64,000 nt of DNA from the human T2T-CHM13v2.0 reference genome, Homo sapiens (GCF_009914755.1 NC_060933.1); one strand, 5' to 3'. Positions 1 to 15,332 are shown, counted from the first letter of the stretch. Notes: generated by a model from the sequence alone, not told the origin. Numbers and translations are program-made.

Positions 1-1070
1 TCCATATAAATTTTAAGACTAGTTTGTCAATTTCTGGAAAAAGCTACCTGGGATTTTGCTAGGAATTATGTTGACTCTATAGATCAATCTGGAGAGTATT
101 GCCATTTTAACAGCAACAAATCCAAAACAATGGGATGTCTTTCCATTTATTTAGATTGCCTTTAATTTCTTTTAACAATATTTTATAGTTTTCATTATAC
201 AAATTTTTGTACTTCTTTTGATAAATTTATATCTAAATATTTTATTCTTTTTGATGCTACTTTAAATGGAACTGTTTTCTTAATTTTATTTTTAGAATCC
301 TTGTTCATTGCAAAAGAATAAAAATAGAATTGACTTTTGTACATTGATCTTTCATCCTGCAATCTTACTCAACTCATCTCTTATTTCTAATAGTTTTTAG
401 TAGATTTTATTAGGATTTTGTGTCTATAAAGTCATATCATCTGATAATTTACTTCTTCCTTTTTAATCTGGATTTTTTTCTCTCTACTTGTTTCTTTCTT
501 TTGTTCTTTTTTCCCCTGACTGCCTCCAGTCCATTGTTACATAGAAGTGGTGAGAGCAGACATCCTTATCTTGTTTCTGATCTTAGAAGGAAAGCATTCC
601 TTCCTTCACCCTTAAATATGATGTTAGCTGCAGGCTTTTTGTAACATTCCTGTCTAGAACACTGAATAAGTTTGCCCCTATTGCTCACCAGCATTCTTCT
701 GTTTTCTGAAGCTGGATGTGCTCGTAGCGTGTTAGTAAATGTATAACAACTGGTTCTTCAAAACATTTTTTGTTGCATTTGGGGATTTCTGTGGTGTAAA
801 TACTCCCACCATGGTTTAATCAAGCTACAAACCTGACATCACTGAATACAGAGTTGGGAAGAGATACTCAGTATCACATCAGTATATAGTATTTCCACTA
901 CACAGATACAATAAACATATATAATTTTAAGAACATAAATGGACTGGGTTCCCCTCTATTTCTAGTTTGTTGAAAAGTTTTTGTCATGAAAGGGTGTTGG
1001 ATTTCTGTGAAACCCTTTTTATATCTATTAGGCTTTATTCTACCAATATAGTTCATTGTATTAATTGAGC
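1..1070 (-). mobile_element. Old L1 (L1M-type) ORF2 fragment, interrupted at 642-940 by an inverted local copy
   Basis: L1 antisense motifs CATCCTTATCTTGTTTCTGATCTTAGAAGGAAAGC and ATGATGTTAGCTGCAGG; L1 resumes at about 948 with GTTCCCCTCTATTTCTAGTTTG. Confidence 0.8.
642..940 (-). repeat. Inverted local duplicate of 1781-2028 joined to about 2430-2493
   Basis: Hand alignment: 841-940 vs reverse complement of 1781-1880 is 89/100 ungapped; similarity continues across the donor's Alu site. Confidence 0.9.
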
Positions 1071-1207
1071 CCTCACAATGGCTTTCTGCTTCTACATTTG
1101 CTACTACATGAGTTGCTTATTTGTAGAAAACCCTGTATAATAGCATATTTTGCTAAGGAATCGAAGAGGGAAGTTAGAGGCTGAACTTTAGTTGAAAAGT
1201 GTGTTCC

Positions 1208-1511
1208 AGCCGGGTGCCGTGGCTCACGCTTGTAATCCTAGCACTTTGGGAAACTGTGGTGGGCGGATCATCTGACGTCAGGAGTTCGAGACCATCCTGG
1301 CCAACATGGTGAAACCCCATCTCTACTAAAAATACAAAAATTAGCCAGGCGTGGTGATACACGTCTGTAGTCCCAGCTACTCGGGAGGCTGAGGCCAAGA
1401 AGAGTGGCTTGAACCTGGGAGATGGAGGTTGCAGTGAGCCAAGATTGTGCCACTGCACTCCAGCCTGGGCAACAGAGTGAGGCTATGCCTCAAAAAATAA
1501 AATAAAATAAA
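1208..1511 (+). mobile_element. Alu (AluS-like)
   Basis: GCCGGGTGCCGTGGCTCACGCTTGTAATCC start, dimer structure, A-tail. Confidence 0.95.
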
Positions 1512-1669
1512 TGTGTTTTGGGGGGAAAGAGAGAAAGCAGAAACAGGAAACTGATGATGTCCACTTCAATGATGAAGGGAAAGTAATTGGAATCTGTACA
1601 GAAAAGAGCCAGAGGGACGGTCAAGTGGGTACATAGACTTTAAGAGGCATTTTTCACAAAGTCATCATT

Positions 1670-2002
1670 GTTATAGTCATTAAAAATAAACTCTGAAATT
1701 ACAATCAACTATTTTATCAATAATGATAATAAGTACTCAAAACTCATCACTGCCTAATTAGTTTGCTACATTTTACTGCTACTTATGCTCTTAAAAATAT
1801 GTATGCTCATTGTATCTGTGTAGTGGAAATACTGTATACTGATGTGATATTTAATATCTCTTCCCAACTCTGTACTCAGTGATGTCAGGTTTGTATCTTG
1901 ATTAAGTTATTGTGGGAGTATTTACATCATAGAAATCAGCAACTGTAACAAAAAAATTTTCTGAAGAGCCAACTGTTACACATTTACTAGTGCACCACCA
2001 CT
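1670..2002 (-). mobile_element. MER63-like hAT DNA transposon fragment
   Basis: Minus strand GTAAATACTCCCAC...GAGTTGGGAAGAGAT resembles recalled MER63 consensus. Confidence 0.6.
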
Positions 2003-2012
2003 AGCACACTCA

Positions 2013-2465
<453 letters not shown>

Positions 2466-3465
2466 TTATATAATTTTCTAGACAGGCATGTTAAAGAGAA
2501 ATATATAGCTCTTTCCTACTGTTTTTCCCTGGGAAGGATTAAGAATAAGATAAATTCAATTCACGAAAGGTTTACTGAAGGCAACTTCCTGTGTGTTCAG
2601 CACTGTGGTAGAAATCCAGCATAAATGCTTAGAATGATTTATGCAAAGGGTGCCTCTTTGTGGAGATGGAATTAAATGATCCACAGAAGTTTCTTTTATT
2701 TCAAAGAATCTATTCATCTATAAAGAAATGCATAATACAAGGCCTAGTAGCCAAGATAATTGTTTTTCTCCAGACTGTTGAATTGCAACATCATTTTCTT
2801 CTATTTACATTTAAAGCATTCGGGTCATTCAACGTTTGAGCTCCTTCTAAGATTTATATAAACAGATTTTTGAAATGCAGATAATTGTTATTTGATGTAG
2901 CTCTTCCTTATTGCTTTAAAAATGACTTAGAGAACTCAAATAAATTAATCTGGAGTAATCTTCTTTTTAGTGATCCAAAGCAATTGTCTTTCAATAAACC
3001 CTGTGCTTATAAGAGCTGCATAATCCAGTCGGTGTCCCTGTCTCCTCTTGCTTTTGCCTGAGCTACTGATGTGTATAGCAGGACACAGGAAGAGAATCAC
3101 AGTCATCTTAAAAAAAATTATTCCCTTCATTTTAATCTGTCATCTTTGCTGAACAATATCATTTTAAGAGCTTAATCTTGAAAACAGAGCCACATTTAAT
3201 TTTTATTTTATTAGAAAAATTCTTTCTGTCTACACAACCACAAATAGTGTTTAGAGATCCCAAATTAAATCTGCTGTTGATGTGAAGTGGCCAAGCTCGT
3301 GGTGGTGTTGATAGGCACTCAACAGCACTGGGGCATCCATAAAAATATTCATGGGGCTTCCTCTTCCAACCACATGAAGCCAGAATGGACATGAAACTTC
3401 TTCCCATTTCAAATATGGGAATGCTGAATCTAGTAGAGAAAAAAATAAATTTTAAAAAATAAGCA

Positions 3466-3920
3466 TGGATGGGTGCAGTCATTCACATCTGTAATCCTAG
3501 CACTTTGGGAGACCTAGGCAGGTGGATTGCTTGAGGTTAGGAGTTCAAGACCAGCCTGGGCAACATAGCAAGATCCTGTCTCTACAAAAAATTTTAAAAT
3601 GTGCCTGTGGTTCCAAGTACCTGGGAGGCTGAGATGGGAGGATTGCTGGAGCCCAGTAATTTGAGGCTGCAGTGAGCTATAATCGCACCAGTGCACTTCC
3701 AGCTGGGTAACAGAGTGAGAGAAGAAAGAAAAGAAAAGAAAAGAAAAGAAAGAAAGAAAGAAGAAGGGAGGGAGGGAAGGAAGGAAGGATGGAAGGAAGG
3801 AAGGGAGAGAAGAAAGAAGGAAGGAAGGCAGGAAGGGAAGGAAGGAAGGAAGGGAAAGAGGGAGGGAGGGAGGAAGGAAGGAAGGAAAAGAAAGAAGAAG
3901 AGAAAGAAAGGAAGGGAGAA
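3466..3920 (+). mobile_element. AluJ-like element with GA-rich polypurine tail
   Basis: Diverged Alu 3466-3720, then GAAA/GGAA repeats. Confidence 0.9.
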
Positions 3921-5271
3921 AAGTTCGACTATGCAGTTTATCTCACAAGAAAGAAAATGCCAGACACAAGGAACAATCGGAGAGTGGGAGTGTCAACCTT
4001 GCACGATCTTGCTATAGCATCCTGGGGAATGAGAATGGTATTAGATGAAGTTATAGGTCAAACAGCCAGACTTGGATGTTAACACCCACAGAAAGACAAG
4101 ATATGAGGCTGTGGGTCCAAGTGTTAAGACCTTGGTATAAATTGGGGGTTTCTAAAGGTTATAATGTCGGTTAAGAGGTGATAAAAAGTTCCTCCCACCA
4201 GCCAGGGTAACGACAAAGAGGCTTCTTCCATCAAAGGATCTGGAAAGAAAACAAAATATCTTTCATTAGGAATAAAAATGCCAAGCCAGAGCCACATGTG
4301 AGTCTAGAATTTATACTGTCCTCGTGCTGTAAGACGCTTCAAGGCAAGAAACTCACAAAACTGTAATGGATTAAGAACTACCCCAGAAGAAATAAGCACA
4401 CAGCTCTTTTGGAGAAACAGCTTCACAATGCATGAAATGTGGGGTTGCCACAGAAAAAACAATCTCCAACAAAGGAAGGATTTTTTTAAGCAAACAAACA
4501 AAAAAAAGCACAGACCATGAATTGAAATACTTTTTAAAATCCACTACATAAAAATTAACATGTGAAAGACATTATGGAGTAAAAGGAAAAGGGAGATCTT
4601 TCACTGAGAGAAGATATTTTCATGTGCTTAGCTTGTAGTATATTAAAATCTGAATATGTAAAGAAACACCACAGATAAAGAAGAAAAATACAAAAACCCA
4701 ATTAGAAAGACAAAGGTTATTGTAGGGGCCATGGTAAGTTGCATACCTAATGTCCTTTCTCTCATCTTCCCTGCAACTTTGAATCAGATTTGATTATGGT
4801 AACAGTGAACATACTCCTGGATAAGAGTCTTGCTTTTCCAGTCTTTCTTAGGTCCAAGGGTAGCCATGTGGCATGGCATAGGTCTGGCTAATGAGACACA
4901 AAGAAAGAATCTGCTGAGGGGGCTTATAGGAAAATCATTTCTCTCCGGATAGAAAGGGGGGGGGGGGTGGATCTTACTAGAGCCATGCCTCCCTCTGCCT
5001 TGAAGGCTAATGTGATATCTAAAATGATCATGTAGACACAGGCAAGAGAGAAAGGCCCAGAGATGGCCAGAGGCAGAGGGTCTGCCATCAATGAGCCATT
5101 GACACAGAAGTGCTAAGTGGATTTAACATTTGAAAATCAATCAGTGTAATCCACCATATTAACATATTGAAAAAGAAAAACAATACAAACATGTCAACAA
5201 ATGCAGAAAAACCATTTGATGATAAAAAAAGAATTAATAAACAGATTTATTAACTGGTCAGTCAGACTCAT

Positions 5272-6390
<1,119 letters not shown>

Positions 6391-6777
6391 TTTATCTGGC
6401 CTGTTGCTCAGGCTGGTCTCAAACTCCTGGCCTCCAGGGGTCCTCCTGTCTCAGCCTCCCAAAGTGCTGAGACTACAGGTGTGAGCCACCACTCCCACTC
6501 ACCCTGTATCTTTTAATATGGTATTTTACATTAATTGATTTTCAGATGTTAAACAACGTTGCATTGCTGGTAGATACTCCCACTTGATCGTAGTGTAATG
6601 CTTATTATTATTATTTGTTGCTGGATTAAGTGCGTTAATATTTTTAAAGACTTTTTATGTGTATGTTCACAAGTGATATTGATCTGTGGCTTTCTGTACT
6701 TGCAATATTTTTCTTTTGGCTTTGTTATTACGGTAATACTGGCCTCATGAAATGAGTTGGGATGTGTTCCTTGCTCC

Positions 6778-6969
6778 TTGACTGTGGCAGAAGAACAGGC
6801 AAGTTTCTAAACTGTTTGGATGCAGAGCCTTTGACTCTGAAGGTAGGAGGTAGAATTTTATCACAATGCACGCGCTACCTTCCCAACTGAGCCTGGCCTC
6901 AGGACTTGGACCTTGGGTTAGGGGTTCTATGCTTGACACATACTAGTAGTGATTGATAGGGACAGGATG
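6778..6969 (-). repeat. Inverted local duplicate of 8717-8908
   Basis: 192 bp ungapped, 11 mismatches by hand; also visible as near-identical ORF-track peptides at 6745(-) and 8813(+). Confidence 0.97.
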
Positions 6970-7057
6970 TTTATGTTCTGAAGTTTTTGTATAATCCTTT
7001 TTATTTTTCCTCCTTAAATATTTGAAGATCTTCACTAGTAAATCCATCTGAGCCTGG

Positions 7058-7412
<355 letters not shown>

Positions 7413-7837
7413 TAAAACTCCTTACTTGATTTTCTATTTCTTCTTGAAACAGTTTCAGTTATGTCTTTCTAGGAATTTGTCCATTCCATTATGGTTCTTG
7501 GGTTTGTTTGCATGCAATTGTTTATAATATCTTTCTAATCCATTCAATTTCTTTAGTCTGAGTGATGTTCCCTATTCTGTTTCTAATTTTGGAATTGGTG
7601 TCTTCTCTCTTTTCTTCTTAATCAGTCTACCTAGTGGTTTATCAATTCTGTTGATCTTTCCAAAGAATGAATTTTTTATTTCATTGATGTTTCTGTATTG
7701 GTCTTTTTAAAAATTGACTTTTTTCTGGTCTGATTTTCATTATTGCCTTTTTTCTTTTTCTACTTACTCTTGCTTTAATTCACTCCTTTTTCTAGGGTTT
7801 TGGTTTTTTATGTTTTGTTTTAGTCTGGACACTACAA

Positions 7838-8732
7838 TGAAGCAGGATATTTCCCTGACCTCTCTGTGGGTGGGAACTGGAGTGCACGGGCACTGGAACT
7901 AGCCACTACTTCAGCACCGACAGGGCAAACTCCACTTGCTTGAACCTGCTGCGTTCCACCCCTCGTGGGAGGGGGACTTCAGGTGAGCAGGTGCTGGAGC
8001 CAGGACGAGCACTTGTGGGCTCTGGCAGGAGCAAAACTCTATGCGGGCCTGCCTCAACATCTGCAAGGGGTACCCATGACCCCTGAAGCCCCAGAGGGAG
8101 TGTTACAGTACTCCTTTAGCTCTGCTGTCCACGGGCAGCCTAAGTGTTAACAGCTCAGTCAACCTTCTGCCTTTTCGCCTGAGGCAGCTGCCTCCTGCCA
8201 GCGAGGGCAAAGGGTCAGTGTGACAGCCTTTTACATCCACACTCGTGACACCCAAGCTCTTGTCCAGCGTCCAGGAAAAATAAGGTCACATGAACAAATT
8301 GAAGGATGGTAAATGTCAGGGATTTATTGCCGATGGAAGTGGCTCTCAGCAGGAAGGGGATCTGAAAAAGGGACAGAGTGGGAAGGTAATCTTCTCCTGA
8401 TGTCCAGCCTTCTCCGGCCAGATTCTTCCCTAAAGTTACACTATCAAGCTGTCCCTCTGAAGTCAAGCTGCTTCTCTCTGATGTTCAGCCATAGTCTCTG
8501 ATATCCAGTGGCTTCTCCTCTCTCTGCTGGCTGAGCCTGGGGTTTTTATAGACACAGGATGGGATGGGGTAGGGGTATGGGTGGTTTTGGAAAAGGCAAC
8601 ATTTGATGGGGAAAACAGGGATGTAAGTTCTCACTTTGGGCAGTGGTTTCAGGCTTTTTGGCTTGAAGGTGGGACCCTTGCTGAGCACTCACCATCTTCT
8701 GTCCAGAATTTCCCTGCATCCTGTCCCTATCA
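7838..8732 (-). mobile_element. ERV1 solo LTR, MER52/LTR27 group
   Basis: TG...CA termini TGAAGCAGGATATTTCCCTGACC and CCTGTCCCTATCA. Confidence 0.75.
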
Positions 8733-9774
8733 ATCACTACTAGTATGTGTCAAGCATAGAACCCCTAACTTAAGGTCCAAGTCCTGAGGCCAGGCTCAGT
8801 TGCGAGGGTAGCATGTGCATTGTGATAAAATCCTACCTCCTGCCTTCAGAGTCAAAGGCTCTGCATCCAAACAGTTTAGAATCTTTCCTATTCTTCTGCC
8901 ACAGTCAAAAGAGGATCCACAGCCCCGTGTGGCCCTCTCCCTTCTGTGCTCACAACCCTTCAAGGCACCCTGCTGCGGAGTTAAGCACAACTTTTTTTCC
9001 TGACCTTGGGCAGCTGGCAGCTCCCTACCCCATGCCCTCACAGAAGCCTAGGGCTTCCCTCTCCAGGATCAGGCATTCCTTCCATCCCCCACCCTCCTAA
9101 ATTTAGGACAGGGATGCTTTAGTGCCACTGTCTCTCTTCCGGGACTGACCACACTTCATTCCAAATAGGAAAAGATAGAGGGGAAAAAAGGGAGGGGCGG
9201 GAGACCTGGATGCTGGAGAGTTACCCCCTACAAGCTGCCCTCAGGGACCAGGTGCCCAATGCCCCACGGACTGCAGTGAACCCAGAGGGAGCCCTCAGTG
9301 CCCAGAGGGAGCCCTCAGACCCCTGTTTTGCTTGCCCCCTGGGCTCCATGCCCTTGATTCTCAGGCCAGGGAGGAAAGGGTCCCTTCCCTCTCACTCTGG
9401 CAGCTGGTGGAGGGTAGGATGCAGCACTGAGCCCTTTTTCTAGCTTCTTGATGAGGAAGCTTGTTATTCTTTTTTAAAACTTTCTTTTTTCAAATATAGG
9501 AGTTTAAACCTATAAATTTCCCCCTAAGCACTGATGGCATCCTATAAATTTTGAAATGTGGTACTTTCATTTTCATTCAATTTGAGATATTTTTAATTTT
9601 GTTTGTGATTCCTTCTTTGATCCATGAATACTTGGAAACTGGTAGTTTAGTTTCCAAATGTGTAACCGTTTTCCATATTTATTTCTCTTGTTGATTGCTA
9701 ATTTAATTTTTAGTCACAGAACATTTGCATTATTGTAAGCCCTTTACATTTTTTGAAACTTGCTTGATAAGCTA

Positions 9775-10138
9775 AAAAAAAAAGATCTCCCCAAAGGTAT
9801 TCATTTCCTAATCCCTGAAACCTGTGAATGTGACACTATATGGAAATAGGGTCTTTGTAGGTGTGATTAAATTAAGGATCTCAAGATTTAAGTCATGCAG
9901 CCACAAGCCAAGGAATGCTGCCAGCCTCCAGAAGCCAGAATTTGCCAGGAAGGGATCATCCTCTAGAGCCTCTGCAGGAAGTGCAGCCCTGCTGACTTCT
10001 GGATTTCAGCCCAGTAATACTGATTTCAGACTGGAAGTTTGGAATTCTGGAGTCCAGACTTGGGAGAGGATACATTTCTGTTGTTTTAGGCCACCACATT
10101 TGTGGCAACTGGTTACAACAGCCACAGGAAACTAATGC
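9775..10138 (+). mobile_element. MLT1 (MaLR) LTR
   Basis: CTAATCCCTGAAACCTGTGAATGTGAC...GCAGCCACAAGCCAAGGAATGC...GGAAACTAATGCA. Confidence 0.8.
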
Positions 10139-10185
10139 AACTCGTTTCATGGCTTAGAATAGGGTCTAGGGTCTATTCTGTAGCA

Positions 10186-10538
10186 CAGCGGTCCCCAACT
10201 TTTTTGGCACCGGGGACCAGTTTCATGGAAGACAATTTTCCCACAAACGGGTGGAGTGGGTGTTGTGGGATAGAGGTGGTGGATGGTTTCAGGATGAAAC
10301 TATTCCACCTCAGATCATCACATATTAGGTTCTCATAAGGAACACACAACCTAGATCCCTCACATATGCCGTTCACAATAGGGTTCGTGCTCCCACGAGA
10401 ATCTAATGCCACCACTCATCTGACAGGAGGTGGAGCTCAGGCAGTAATGCACACCCGCCGCTTACCTCCTGCGGTGCAGCCTGGTTCCTAACAGGCCACA
10501 GACTGGGACTGGTTCCTGCCAGGGGTTGGAAATCACTG
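10186..10538 (+). mobile_element. MER1B-like hAT MITE
   Basis: Terminal inverted repeats CAGCGGTCCCCAAC / GTTGGAAATCACTG; 8-bp TSD CTGTAGCA / CTGTAGGA. Confidence 0.9.
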
Positions 10539-12949
10539 CTGTAGGATGTTCCTTGAAGTCCAGGAAAGAATGTGCATTCTGTTTTGGGGTAGCGTGTTCC
10601 ATATATGTCCCTTAGGTCAAGTTGGTTGATAGTGTTGTTCAAGTCTTCTATACCCTTCTTGACTTTATGAATTGCTGTTCTATCAATATTTGAAAGACTA
10701 TAATTAAAATCTCCGACTTTATTTCTGCTCTCAATTCTATCAGTCCTTGCTTCATGTATTTTGAGACCCAGTGTTAGGTGCATTTACATTTATAATTGCT
10801 ATATCTTTCTGATATGTTTACCCTCTTATAATTGTGAAATGCCTTCTCTTCTCTTGTGATTTTTCTTCTTTCAAAATCAGTTTCATCTGATATTAGTATA
10901 GCTAATCCAGCTCTCTTTGCCTACTGTCTGCCTAGTGTACATTGTGTCATCCTTTTATTATCTACCTACTTGTTTCTATGAATCTAAAATGTGTCTCTTA
11001 TAGATAGCCTATAGTTGCATGGTTTCAGGGTGAAACTATTCCACCTCAGATGGAAGTCTGTGACATCTGCAAAAGATGTCCTAGGAGAGAAAGTGGGAGA
11101 GAGAGAGAGGGCATAGATTCAATTGTTTCTCATACAGACATGTCTGTAATTTCCACAATTACTGCCCTACCCTGCAATTCAGTTGGTTTCCCAACATCCA
11201 GCAGTTCTCCTGCTTAGCTTCTCCAGTGAATAATACTCATCTCATCTGTAGGGGCAGTGGTTGGAGGACCTGGAGGAGTGACTTGCCTGAGTGTGGAGGG
11301 TGAAGGTGTTCTAGAGTCTGACTGTTCCACAGTCTCCAGCCAGCCCTCATTAATCCAGCTGACCACTGTATGTACTGCCTCAAATTCCTGAGCATTTCAC
11401 AAGTTCTGCAAGGCAGAACACTCTCTTCCCATTAGCCTCAATCTCTACAGGCACCATGGATTGTAAATTTCTTCCCCCTTCTAAACCAGTTGTATCATCT
11501 GATTTTTCTCTCCCAAAAATCTGTTGAAATTCCTTTTTATCCCCATCATCTTCTGCACATTGCTTCCACCTCATGATCAAAACGACTGCTCAAATTCTGG
11601 CTACTACATCTGCATTTCATTCAGCAGGAAAGAGAGGGAAATAAGAAGGACATTCCATCCTCTTAAAGACTCTTCCTGGAAGTTACTTGCAACATTCTGC
11701 TACCTTCTCCTTGACCAAGTCCTACCCACATGGCCACACTAAACGCAGTGGAGGCTGAGAAATGTGGTCTTCATTCAAGACAGCATGTGTCTAACTAAAA
11801 GTTGTGAGTCTATAGCCAAAGGAAAAGGGAAGACAGAGATTGGTGGACGTTTCTGTCACACTCAAGACAATACAATGTTTCAAAAAAAAAAAAAATTAAA
11901 CAAGCTCATAAAAAGAATGGCTGTTCATTGAAATTACCCACATTAGGCCATCTCAGGTGAGTAGCAACTAATAGTGCCTATTAAGTATCTAATAAATATT
12001 TGTCAGGTATTTATTTGTCTGAATGGATGAACCTGAATCAACCATCAGCCTGAGAGAGGGGTGGCTTTCTGTTTACTATGACCCACGACAGGTGACAACA
12101 TCCATTTTTTTCTTTTACTGAGTTTATCAACAAACAGAAAACCTCAACCTGCTTCTGACATCATATGCCAGCTTTGCATCTTGCTACTATATTATACCTG
12201 GTCTTAAACCTCCAGGCACACTAACCGGTGCCAAGTAGAAAGACTGGAGAGAACAAAGAGAAAAATCAGGAAACAGCAAGAAGTCTTTGACTCACATGTA
12301 CCAACAAAGCCTCTCCCAACACAGAGAAATGGTGATAACGTAATCACAGGCATGCTAGCCATTGTTCCAGTGGACTTGAAGCCAAAGCCGGGATTAAATA
12401 AATGGCTGGCATTTTTCAAAGAACCAGAGGCAGCACTGTTTAAAAGAGCTGACAGCTGTGAGATAGAGTATTCTTATTACAGAGGCTTAGCGGGGAGACT
12501 TAAAGTAAACCTTTCCACCAGCAGAGCACTCTCAAATGGGAGAAAAAGTAGAAAAGCTCCCTCTATGAGAGCAGAAAAATGCACGAGGATATAGGCATGG
12601 TTCTGGGGCTGTCATAAAGATGTGAGAAGACCTTAGTAAAATATCTTCAATGTTATTAAAACCTTACTCTTTAGAGGTAAGAAGAAATATGGGGGGCAAA
12701 AATAAAGAGGGAACAAAAAGGAACAGTGTTTTGTTTAACCCATGGAGATGCAAGTTAAAATTTGGATGAGTCTACGTAGCTTTTCTTTGTACTTCCCATA
12801 AAGATCAAAATAAAGGTTCTTTGTTCATCCTGAAAATATGCATTGAACGGAAATATTGATAGGACCCTACATTCTAGTGATGGCAAGAAAGGTAACTAGG
12901 AAGTGAGCACACAGACTGTTTCAGTAGTAATGGCGGCTAGAAAAAGGCA

Positions 12950-13535
12950 CCAATTGGGCAGTAGGAGACAGAGGGGTGATTAGTGGGGTAAGCTGCTTTA
13001 GACAGTGGGGCCAAGACAAGAATCTCTGGGGAAATGCCTTTCAAGTAGACACTTGAAGTGTAAGAAGAAGCTAGTCTCATGGCCAGGAAGTATGAATGGG
13101 GTGGAGTGAGGACGGAGTGAATTTCAGGCCGCAGGGTGAGCAAGGCATGGGGGGTGGGGCTGGGAACGCTCGCTGTTGTTTGTTGGTGAGCTGAGGCCCC
13201 AGTGCTGTGGCATGTGTGTGGCCCATGTGAGACAGGAGAAGGAGGAAGGAGGCACATCCAGGAAAGATGTGCTGGCCATGGGAAGGGATCCCATGCTGGG
13301 AGCATTGGAAGCCATCAGAGGGAATGAGGTCAGGTAGTGTCATTAACATTTACATTGCACACAGGTCACTGTGGCTACTGGGTGGAGGATGAGCAGAGGA
13401 GACAGATTAGGGAAATGAGCTCGAGGGCTGTTGCAGTAGCTGAGGTCAGAGGGAGTATGGCTTTGCTGAGTAGTTGTAAAATGGAAAGATGGAGAAAGAA
13501 ATGAGAGATACTAGTGGAAGTACAAAAGGACTTGG
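12950..13535 (-). mobile_element. L2 fragment
   Basis: Degenerate L2-like purine-rich motifs. Confidence 0.5.
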
Positions 13536-13539
13536 AGGT

Positions 13540-13904
13540 TGATATGGTTTGGCTCTGTGTCCCCACCGAAATCTCATCTTGTAGCTCCCATAATTCCCAC
13601 ATGTTGTGGGACGGACCCAGTGGGAGATAACTGAACCATGGGGGCAGGTCTTTCCTGTGCTGTACCCATGATAGTGAATAAGTATCATGAGATCTGATGG
13701 TTTTAAAAACGGAAGTTTCCCTACACAAGCTCTCTCTCTTTGCCTGCCACCATCTAAGTAAGATGTGACTTGCTCCTCCTTGCCTTCTGCCACTGTGAGG
13801 CCTCCCCGGCCATGCGGAACTGTGAGTCCATTAAACCTCTTTCTTGTGTAAATTGCCCAGTCTCCAGTATGTCTTTATCAGCAGCATGAAAACAGACTAA
13901 TGCA
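13540..13904 (+). mobile_element. THE1 (MaLR) solo LTR
   Basis: TGATATGGTTTGGCTCTGTGTCCCCACC...AACAGACTAATGCA. Confidence 0.95.
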
Positions 13905-13958
13905 ATGGTGGAGATGAAAACTTTGTTATACAGCTGCCATTGAAAATACTAGATTTAA

Positions 13959-14268
13959 GGCCAGGCACGGTGGCTCATGCCTGTAATCCCAGCACTTTGG
14001 GAAGCCAAGACACATGGATTGCTTGAGCTCAGGAGTTTGAGACCAGCCTGGGCAACACGGTGAAATCCCATCTTTACTTTAAAAAAATACAAAAATTAGC
14101 CAACATGTTGGTGCATGCCTGTAGTCCCAGTTACTCAGTGGGGCTGAGGCAGGAGGATCACCTGAGCCTTGGGAGGTCGAGGCTGCAGTGAGCCATGATT
14201 GTGCCACTGTACTCCAGCCTGGGCAACAGAGTGAGACCCTGTCTCAAAAAACAAAACAAAACAAATAA
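13959..14268 (+). mobile_element. Alu (AluJ/S-like)
   Basis: Alu dimer; TSD core CTAGATTTA on both sides. Confidence 0.95.
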
Positions 14269-14732
14269 AACCTAGATTTATTATCCTGTTTGATACCTGA
14301 AAACACCTGTGTGAAGCCACAATATAAAAAAAAAGAAGTCCCACAGGCAATAACCTCCTATGTTAGTAGGGAACTGGCATCAGCATTTTAGAGTCACGTC
14401 TCATACTTAACCAAATGAGGAAAAATTAAAATTTAGTAAGTATGATTTATCATGATATGGTAGACCTGTTACAGAAAATAACAACCATAAGTGAGAAGTG
14501 TTATTACCAGGCACAGGAGCCCAGGTGTTCTTGTGTGTGTGTGTCTGTGTCTGTCTGAGTGTGTGTCTGAGAGACTTAGGATTCTCTAGAATATGAGGCC
14601 TATAGCAGGGGTCCTTCCTGTCTGGATCTAAAGGCAATACTATTTATAGATGCCCCCCAAAAGGAGATGGGAGGCAGATAGAGCTTCCTGGTTTTCTGAT
14701 GTTTTTGCCCCTCAAGTGGCAAAAAGAAAAGT

Positions 14733-15140
14733 ATAACAAAGATTATCTTCCTTGACCAAATTTGTCAGTTTCGTCAAGCCTGACCAGGCCCTGTTCTTGG
14801 CCATGTATGCCCAATTTTAGCAAGAATCTTTCTAAATTAGTTTAACCAGAACCTCCCAACTTCAAGAACTGATGGCCATCAGTTCTCATCCTCTACCACC
14901 CCAGGTGATGTCTGGTCATCCTGAGTTGCCTTTAGCAAGAATCATGTTTGGCTGGTTTAGCCAGAATCCCCATCACCCCTGATGTTTCTTCTTAGGAACT
15001 TTTCACTCACTGACCCCCATCTTTTTTCTCGGCTATAAATTCTCACTTTTCCTTATTTATGTTCTGAATTAAGGTCTCTTTTCCCCTATTGCAATAGTTC
15101 CTGATTAAAATCTGTTTTCACTCTTTTAACTACTGTCGGG
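14733..15140 (+). mobile_element. MER31-like ERV1 LTR
   Basis: CAAAGATT..TTGACCAAA..TTTTAGCAAGAATC..GGCTATAAAT motifs. Confidence 0.55.
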
Positions 15141-15149
15141 CTCTGGGTT

Positions 15150-15332
15150 TTGGGTTTGTTTGTTTTCTGGTTTGGGGGTTGGTTTGTTTGTTTGCTTGTT
15201 TGTTTGTTTGTTTTGACACGGGGTCTCACTATATTGCCCAGGCTGGCCTCGAATTCCTGGGCTCAAGTGATCCTACCAGCTTGGCCTCCCAAGAAACTGA
15301 GAGTACAGGCAAGTGCCACCACACTGAACAGG
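15150..15332 (-). mobile_element. Alu monomer (FLAM-like) with (GTTT)n tail
   Basis: Single-arm antisense Alu. Confidence 0.8.

Noticed and set aside
720-2002. Two inverted MER63-like ends read as the termini of one transposon
   Set aside because: Similarity extends into non-transposon flank and across the Alu site, so it is a local duplication.
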